Below, piece by piece: positions 48,012 to 54,454 of a stretch of DNA of 54,454 nt. Position 1 is the first letter of the stretch, and the number at the start of each line of letters is the position of its first letter. The notes beneath the pieces were generated by a model, which made no database searches, was not told the DNA's origin, and worked only from the letters and a program-made list of their open reading frames with translations. The stretch is from a virus (taxonomy: Duplodnaviria > Caudoviricetes): positions 1-54,454 of IMG/VR virus record IMGVR_UViG_3300031974_003269; one strand, written 5' to 3'. The position numbers and the translations under genes were made by a program.

Positions 48012-48764
48012 ATGGCCGCTGTAACATTTAAAGATCTGCAAGATCAGCTTGCGTCTATGTTAGGCGCAGGCGAGGTATCTGAGTTACCTCCAGTTGATCG
48101 GAAAAGAATCGCGGTATGTGTAAACCAGGCATACAGGGAATGTTACCTACCAATTGACGGGAAGCGTCCTATGTGGGCTCAGAAGAAGTTCGAGCTCTCC
48201 TACTGTATGGAACAAGCTGGTGCGGATCTACCCCCCGAGGTTGTATCCGTAGACAAAATACCACAGCTGGTAGGGGAGGGTCCTTTATCTCCGATGAAAG
48301 GGCCAGAGGATGAAATCAAAGTTCGCTCAATTTTCAGTTGGGATTTTCGTGCTCCAAGCGGCCGGGGCCTGAATTTCCCGCACTTTAAAGACAATGAGCC
48401 AGAGATTGGTCGTCCGGTCTGGTATTATCTGGATAATAGAGATCATGGACAAGATACTAAAGTAATCCCTAGATTCTATCTCTACCCAATACCCGACAAA
48501 GACTACACCGTAGAATTGTACGGAAACATTATACCTGCGGATCTCGAGCTTGAGACCGACGAACCAAGAATCCCGTCCGATTTAATTTGGGATATTCTAT
48601 TCCCCATCGCTCAAGGAAAGATGTTGGCTGATCCAAGATACAATGGAGATAATCGTGAGATCCTGATGCGTATAGCTGACGAAGCTAGAAAGCGTCTAAA
48701 AACAATTATTACTCCGCAAAAGCACAAGGGATCGCTTCGTCTAACCAAGCGTATTGGCTGGTAA
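48012..48764 (+). CDS. Putative head-tail adaptor
   Basis: VNQAY, GRP.WY, LYPIPD...Y, L....DEP.IP pattern. Confidence 0.7.
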   Translation: MAAVTFKDLQDQLASMLGAGEVSELPPVDRKRIAVCVNQAYRECYLPIDGKRPMWAQKKFELSYCMEQAGADLPPEVVSVDKIPQLVGEGPLSPMKGPEDEIKVRSIFSWDFRAPSGRGLNFPHFKDNEPEIGRPVWYYLDNRDHGQDTKVIPRFYLYPIPDKDYTVELYGNIIPADLELETDEPRIPSDLIWDILFPIAQGKMLADPRYNGDNREILMRIADEARKRLKTIITPQKHKGSLRLTKRIGW

Positions 48765-48767
48765 TGT

Positions 48768-50081
48768 ATGAGCAGAGACCTGACAATCAGGCTGCTCGGG
48801 CGACCACAAGTTAGCACGGACAAAGTAACCGGCTTCAGGAAGCTGGTACGCAAGTATGTGGTCGAAGGTCCAAGGGCTAGTAAAGCAGGGATCCATGATG
48901 ACCTTAATCCTCTATTTCTACCTGCCGGTGCAACCGATGAGGAGTTCGATACCTACCATCTCACAAACCAGGCATTAGCACCTGCAAATGGTACGCTTGA
49001 TAAAGCATATCTTCAAAGAGAATTTATCGAGCTTAAAAGATCTGCACTGGCTGAGAATTACATACAGAAAAACGATCTTATTGCTGTGCGTAAACGATTT
49101 GCTGTCTTGCGAAACGAAAGCGTAAGCCTCGGGTACGGAGATAAATGGGGTAGCCATCCAAGCGAGGCATCAACCTATGCAAAAGATCCCTGGGAGTATG
49201 CTCCTGACTGGGTAGCTAATGCTACACCTGGATCATACGCTTACTCATTTTCCAATGCTGCTAGTAACACTGGATTTACCGATACGCCCGCGGTTTTATA
49301 TTATCAGGACGGAGTATCTGTTGCCTCAAATCTGTCTGAATATCTACTAGGAAGATTTAGCCCATCAGGTGATTGGCTAAGAGGTACCGCTGTTATGTCC
49401 CAAGTCGGCTCGGAGCTTGATGTCTGGCAGGTAGAGTGGGTAACTCATGCCGCACCATACTGGACTGCGGGTACTGGAAAATCTGGAGAAAGAAAGGTTT
49501 CCAATTCCATGAGAGTGGTGGACTTTGACGAGTATGGACTGGAAATCAGTCTTGTCGGAGGAACCGCTTCATCTAATTCTAATGTAAAAATTAAAACCTA
49601 TAACTTTTTTACCATAGGTTCGGAATTACCAGAATCTTTAATGGAAATATCCGGTGGGGCCAGTAGTACAGCCATAAATAATTCTGTTGATGTAGATTTG
49701 TTTGTTACAACATTAGAGGGTAAGAGTTTTGCAATTAAAAATCATATACCTGGCGGTGTTTGGAATAGCAGCACAGCACCTATCCGATTTCCAAGTACTG
49801 CTGGCGGAAATATCACGGTTGGGTCAACTAGTGGTTACTCTGTTATTTTTGATTATGAAGCGGATATGACCAGTGATTCATCCCCTATAGAGGGCTTTCC
49901 AATTTTCCAAAAAACTCCTATTCGTAGCATAGCCGGAAGAATATCTTTTACATCCACCGACCGTCTACCAATAACCTCTAGATCAGGAACTTTTGGCGGT
50001 ACGCAAACAACCATAACCCCTATATTTAGCCACGGGGACACTAAGATCTGGAAGGTTGGAATAACCTATGTTGGGGGATGA
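48768..50081 (+). CDS. Putative tail protein
   Basis: Position; beta-rich S/T/G composition. Confidence 0.55.
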   Translation: MSRDLTIRLLGRPQVSTDKVTGFRKLVRKYVVEGPRASKAGIHDDLNPLFLPAGATDEEFDTYHLTNQALAPANGTLDKAYLQREFIELKRSALAENYIQKNDLIAVRKRFAVLRNESVSLGYGDKWGSHPSEASTYAKDPWEYAPDWVANATPGSYAYSFSNAASNTGFTDTPAVLYYQDGVSVASNLSEYLLGRFSPSGDWLRGTAVMSQVGSELDVWQVEWVTHAAPYWTAGTGKSGERKVSNSMRVVDFDEYGLEISLVGGTASSNSNVKIKTYNFFTIGSELPESLMEISGGASSTAINNSVDVDLFVTTLEGKSFAIKNHIPGGVWNSSTAPIRFPSTAGGNITVGSTSGYSVIFDYEADMTSDSSPIEGFPIFQKTPIRSIAGRISFTSTDRLPITSRSGTFGGTQTTITPIFSHGDTKIWKVGITYVGG

Positions 50082-53000
50082 ACAACGGCTTGAAGAGCTA
50101 GAGAATAAGCTCGCAGCTCTCAGCTCGCAGGTCGAAGGTCTTGAGCTGGAGAAACAGATAGACCCATTCTTTGAAGAGGATGTGCGTAGATTGATTAATG
50201 ATTTCCGTGAGCAGGAAATTATTGAGTCTCAAGATCTAGATGTTACTGAAGTTAGTGCTGAGAACGACGCCGTCATCAGTGTCACTACGGCTATAGACGC
50301 ACCTTTTAAATTGCACTGGATCAAGCCTGAATCCTGCGAAGCAATGACGGAGGAAAAAGCTCGTGCGGCCTTTGCGGTAGGGGTTGAGGAGCGTATAGGT
50401 ACTGCTCAAAGCGTGCAGACCGGTGATGTATTAATCCTTCTTTGCCGTGAGCCTATTTCCGAAGAATCCTCTTCTGAGGATCTTCCTGGTAGCTTCTGTA
50501 AATTCATCGGTATGGCGGTGGATGTTTTGGGTAATCCAAACTCTAAAGAACCAGACGCAGAGGATGAGCATAAAATAACTGAGAGTGCTCAGTCTTTTGA
50601 GATATTTGTGTGGAGCTCTTGCGAGTGTTCGGGTGAAGAGTCTTCACCTGTCACAATCCCGTCTGCACTAGAAAAAGGCAGCACCTCGGATGGAGGTATG
50701 TATTTAACTCCTTTTCCTGGTTACGAGAATGAGTCCGACACCGCAGAATTTCTTGTATCTGCAGAGATACGAAAGGATAATGTAACATTAAAATCTGAGG
50801 TAGCTAAAACCATAAGCAATACTATTGAGATTAGCGAAAAACGTGCAGGTTATAACACGAAGCTAGTTCAATTATCTGAAGAATTAACTGATTTTTATCT
50901 AGATCGGGAGAAGAAAGATTACACTATAAAACATGCTTACGGTTATTTAGGAGAGAATACTTTTCAAATAGATAATTACTCTACTGAAAGTCTCAGCCTA
51001 AAAACTGCCGAGTGTGGTAATTTACAAGCTGTAAGTATTTCAGGAACCGAACTCGATCTATTTTTTCTAAAAGAAGGGCCTAAAGGATACGAGCAGTTTG
51101 ATTTCTATTGGCGGCATGACCGATACCTAAGAAATTTAGTAGTATCCTTAGGTGTATCAATTGGTTTAGAGGATTCCGTAGCTATTGAAAGTTACAGACC
51201 AATAACTGCTCCTCTGGAAAATCCATTACCTGAAGACGAGTCCGTATTCCTCCCAATTTTAGACACTGTTAACGCTGATAAAATAGAGGTAACAGATGAT
51301 TTTAATACTAGAGATATTAGCACAGTCAGCTTGTTTACAATCGATGAATCCGATGCTCCTCTAAAAGATAGCAAAATAATTCTTACTAAATCAGGTAGCC
51401 AGAAAAAATTTGCTTCGGGGTTGCTCATGGAGCAGCAAGATATCTCTCCGGTATCTATAAACAGCTTAGATTTTCCTGTAATTGATAAAGAGTATGTAAA
51501 GAACTGGCACGGACTCGGTGTGTCGGGGTTAAATTTACTTTCCTCTGCCACTACTAAAGACTCAGATAATTGGAATGTAAGCATTGGTATTAGCTTAAAG
51601 TACGAGAATCTCGGATTTGAGTCTGGGCTGCTAAATTCTGTAGGTAATACAGTATCTCTTGGTAATTCTGTTAATATACAAATACCAAAAGGAACTACGG
51701 ATAATGCTGTATCAATAGCATCAGATCTTAGTTTTACCGGTCTCAAAAAGACTGTAACGGATGAAGGAGTTACTGTCAGTCTAGGTGCGTCCTGGAACTC
51801 ACACCATTCGCAATTTACAGACGGGCTGTTCAAAGGGGATTCTGTGGATGTACCGCAGAGCAGCGAATCCTCTTTTGATTTAGAAATTACAGATCTAGTC
51901 GATTTGGGTGAGGGAGGAACTGCTGGAGATTATATTAAACAACTGAAAGATCTCAGCGGATCCGGGCATTACAATAATGGCGGATCTATGGATCTACAGC
52001 TTGAATTTCAAGAGCTTCGATCCCAGTTAGGATTTAATGACAGCGGGTTCTTTACAGGCGAAGAAGTTGCCAACTCTATATCCCAATCGGTCAGTATACA
52101 TGTGCCGGCCATGGATGCTGTTACATTCCCAAGCATAGGTAAATCAGGTCTAGTAAATGTAGACTCTCTTCAAGATTTAACTCTCAGACCAGCAGATGGT
52201 GGGTTTACTTTACACGCTCGGTATGCCTACAATGGTTTTACCTTTCAAAAAGGTCTTTTTCTAAATCTTACATCTGGTACTGATGCTCAGGAAGGAGAGA
52301 TGGGTTATGTTTCTCTAGGTTATATACCATTCCCGGAAATACCTACTGGAGAAAATAGCACAATCTCAGAACACCAACTATCATCGTTTGAACTAGTATC
52401 TGAATCAAACGACAGTGGCACTACATACAGGCTAACATATACTCCCGAGAAATATAGCCACAATTTTGAAGGCGGTCTTCTTAAAAGTGTAAGTATATCT
52501 TCAGCTGATTCGGAACCTGTATCTATTGCAGTTCCTAAGGGAATTACTTCTGATGAATATGAATCTCCAATTGATTTAGCTTCTCTGGAGATAAGCGAAC
52601 CATTACCAAATGATAACGGTGATACTGAGTATAAAATTACTCTTACGCCAAAGACTTATAGTTCTAAGTTTGAGGGTGGATTACTAAAAAGTTTAAATAT
52701 ATCTACTGCTGCTTCTCAGGAAGTTAGTTTCACAATTCCAAAGGTTAGCGTGTATTCGCCTGAAGGGGTGAGCACTTACATAGCTCCGACCGAGCTATTT
52801 TCCGATTTTACTGCTAATGTAACTACCAAGGAAGTAAATGGTGTGCATGGTGCAAGCTATGTTTTATCACTAATCCCCAAAGAATTAGAGGCTAACTTTG
52901 AGCATGGTTTAACCAAAGATTTTAATCTTAATCAAGGCGCTCCGAAACAGGTAAGTTTTTTTGTTCCAGCACCTGATAACTATGTACCGCCCGATGGCGC

Positions 53001-53823
53001 TCGTATTTCTTTAAGCACTTTTGACTTTAGTGATTTTGCTATTAAGAGAACTGAAGCAGAAGGTGGTGGTGGAGATACTTACAGTTTTAGCTACGAACCT
53101 AAAAATTTAGTCTACCAAGTAGACAACGGTGTAGTTAAAAAACTAAACTTTACGAGCGGCGGCGAAGTATCTCTTGCGCAAAGTATTTTTGTACCTAAGC
53201 TCGGAGATTATAATAATAATACTGGGCACACAGTAAGAGATATATCCTCAATAGATGTTCGTGGAGTTTACGATCACGCTGTAATAAGCAGTTCAGGAGG
53301 GACCGGGGAAACTAGGTATTATATTGATTACGAATATAAGGATATAACTTTTAAAATTAATAATGGATTGGTAACAGATATTACTGCAACGGAGCTTCAA
53401 ACCGCTACGAAAGGTCCAATTATCGTTCCTGGAGAAGTCCCTCTAAAATATTCATGCGATCCAGGCTATGGATGCCAGCCAGATCCTGCGGGTGAGTATG
53501 ATGAGGATACTTGTGGTGGGAATTGTACCGCCGACGCCTATTACTGCGATTCAATACTAACATTTAGACCCTCCCAAATTTACGAATATTACAAAAGCGG
53601 TGGAAATAACGATAAATACACCCTTTACGATACTTGGTCAACTGGGAGCGTATCAGGTCCTTGTATGCAACAATATGTTAGTGAATCATCAGGTCGAATA
53701 ACCGAGCTGGAGCTTCTTCCCGGAAGATCCCAGCCTCGTTTATCTCATGCCATGACTACTTTAGACGAAGACGGTCCGACCGTATACGGGACAGTCTTTC
53801 TTTCTTATGAAGTATCATCATGA
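50068..53823 (+). CDS. Large tail fibre/spike-like protein with internal repeats
   Basis: Recurring F..GL(L/F)K motif; Cys-rich C-terminal segment. Confidence 0.6.
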   Translation: MLGDEQRLEELENKLAALSSQVEGLELEKQIDPFFEEDVRRLINDFREQEIIESQDLDVTEVSAENDAVISVTTAIDAPFKLHWIKPESCEAMTEEKARAAFAVGVEERIGTAQSVQTGDVLILLCREPISEESSSEDLPGSFCKFIGMAVDVLGNPNSKEPDAEDEHKITESAQSFEIFVWSSCECSGEESSPVTIPSALEKGSTSDGGMYLTPFPGYENESDTAEFLVSAEIRKDNVTLKSEVAKTISNTIEISEKRAGYNTKLVQLSEELTDFYLDREKKDYTIKHAYGYLGENTFQIDNYSTESLSLKTAECGNLQAVSISGTELDLFFLKEGPKGYEQFDFYWRHDRYLRNLVVSLGVSIGLEDSVAIESYRPITAPLENPLPEDESVFLPILDTVNADKIEVTDDFNTRDISTVSLFTIDESDAPLKDSKIILTKSGSQKKFASGLLMEQQDISPVSINSLDFPVIDKEYVKNWHGLGVSGLNLLSSATTKDSDNWNVSIGISLKYENLGFESGLLNSVGNTVSLGNSVNIQIPKGTTDNAVSIASDLSFTGLKKTVTDEGVTVSLGASWNSHHSQFTDGLFKGDSVDVPQSSESSFDLEITDLVDLGEGGTAGDYIKQLKDLSGSGHYNNGGSMDLQLEFQELRSQLGFNDSGFFTGEEVANSISQSVSIHVPAMDAVTFPSIGKSGLVNVDSLQDLTLRPADGGFTLHARYAYNGFTFQKGLFLNLTSGTDAQEGEMGYVSLGYIPFPEIPTGENSTISEHQLSSFELVSESNDSGTTYRLTYTPEKYSHNFEGGLLKSVSISSADSEPVSIAVPKGITSDEYESPIDLASLEISEPLPNDNGDTEYKITLTPKTYSSKFEGGLLKSLNISTAASQEVSFTIPKVSVYSPEGVSTYIAPTELFSDFTANVTTKEVNGVHGASYVLSLIPKELEANFEHGLTKDFNLNQGAPKQVSFFVPAPDNYVPPDGARISLSTFDFSDFAIKRTEAEGGGGDTYSFSYEPKNLVYQVDNGVVKKLNFTSGGEVSLAQSIFVPKLGDYNNNTGHTVRDISSIDVRGVYDHAVISSSGGTGETRYYIDYEYKDITFKINNGLVTDITATELQTATKGPIIVPGEVPLKYSCDPGYGCQPDPAGEYDEDTCGGNCTADAYYCDSILTFRPSQIYEYYKSGGNNDKYTLYDTWSTGSVSGPCMQQYVSESSGRITELELLPGRSQPRLSHAMTTLDEDGPTVYGTVFLSYEVSS

Positions 53824-54454
53824 ATGAAGAAGAGTCAGTAACGGTTAATCTGGGGGATCCTTATGAGGATAACCCTAAAACAGAACCTGGGTTTACTACC
53901 TATGTAAATAACCCTGTAAATACCAATGAAGTCGGGGATTATACTGTCACTTACAACTTAATAAAAACTAACCCTACGTTTGAGGCTAAAACATATTTTA
54001 GGGTAGTAACTGTAGAAGATCCTAAACCAGTTATTACAATTAATGGGTCCGATAATGTATTCATTGCTGTCGGAACATCATATATCGATGCGGGGGCTGC
54101 CGCTGATAAAGGAACGCTTGAAACAATAATTCCCTCGGGTGGAATACGTAACGATACGCCTGGTAGCTATTGTATTCTTTATATAGCTACTCATAAAGGA
54201 TTCCTTAGCTTTGCCTCTAGAACCGTCCATGTAGTAGGACAGAGTAGTGGAGTTATCGATCAAAAACCTGTGGGTGGTCTTGATATTACTGAGATTCTCA
54301 CAAAACCTGGAATAGGCCTGGATATTTTGGAAATTGAAATTCCCTCAAAGCCAGAACTAGGCCTAGATATTTCAAGTATTGAAGAACTTTTAACTAAACC
54401 AGAACTAGGATTAGATATTTCAAGTATTGAAGAACTTTTAACTAAACCAGAACT
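53820..54454 (+). CDS. Ig-like (DUF5011-type) repeat protein, runs off right edge (absent from ORF track)
   Basis: Manual translation: VNTNEVGDYTVTY, PVITING...YIDAGAAAD, then KPELGLDISSIEELLT repeats. Confidence 0.7.
   Translation, partial: MNEEESVTVNLGDPYEDNPKTEPGFTTYVNNPVNTNEVGDYTVTYNLIKTNPTFEAKTYFRVVTVEDPKPVITINGSDNVFIAVGTSYIDAGAAADKGTLETIIPSGGIRNDTPGSYCILYIATHKGFLSFASRTVHVVGQSSGVIDQKPVGGLDITEILTKPGIGLDILEIEIPSKPELGLDISSIEELLTKPELGLDISSIEELLTKPE
54348..54454 (+). repeat. 48-bp in-frame tandem repeat
   Basis: Copies at 54348-54395, 54396-54443 and partial from 54444. Confidence 0.9.

Noticed and set aside
24393-54263. Numerous minus-strand and nested ORFs in the late region
   Set aside because: Antisense or off-frame shadows of long plus-strand genes with no recognisable motifs
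54348-54454. CRISPR array
   Set aside because: Head-to-tail in-frame coding repeats with no spacers
38316-54454. Diversity-generating retroelement or invertible tail-fibre switch
   Set aside because: No reverse transcriptase, recombinase or TR/VR pair noticed in this window

Overview
Large fragment of a tailed dsDNA bacteriophage genome with a podovirus-like structural module; the host cannot be determined from the sequence. Three blocks: (1) 1-6800, leftward replication/regulation genes (SSB-like protein, a split DUF2800 nuclease, SF2 helicase, stand-alone sigma-70 region-4 protein, NrdR/Ogr-like Zn ribbon, RuvC-like resolvase), followed by ribbon-helix-helix regulators and an origin-like AT-rich region at ~7300-7620; (2) ~8400-18250, a rightward, strongly A/C-skewed putative early cassette (two HhH DNA glycosylases, GP88-like, DUF932-like, rIIB, rIIA) that is unusually rich in non-coding structure: a ~420-nt nested RNA, two covarying H-type pseudoknots, an antisense structured RNA and ACACACC leaders; (3) 18400-end, rightward late genes (TerS, TerL, a 3859-aa polyvalent protein with HExxH, NADAR-like and LPD38-like regions, portal, leishmanolysin-like proteins, scaffold, N4-gp56-type capsid, tail proteins) sharing a CAACCGG/-35/17 bp/-10 promoter architecture. 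All protein family calls are by-eye motif recognition; no searches were run.
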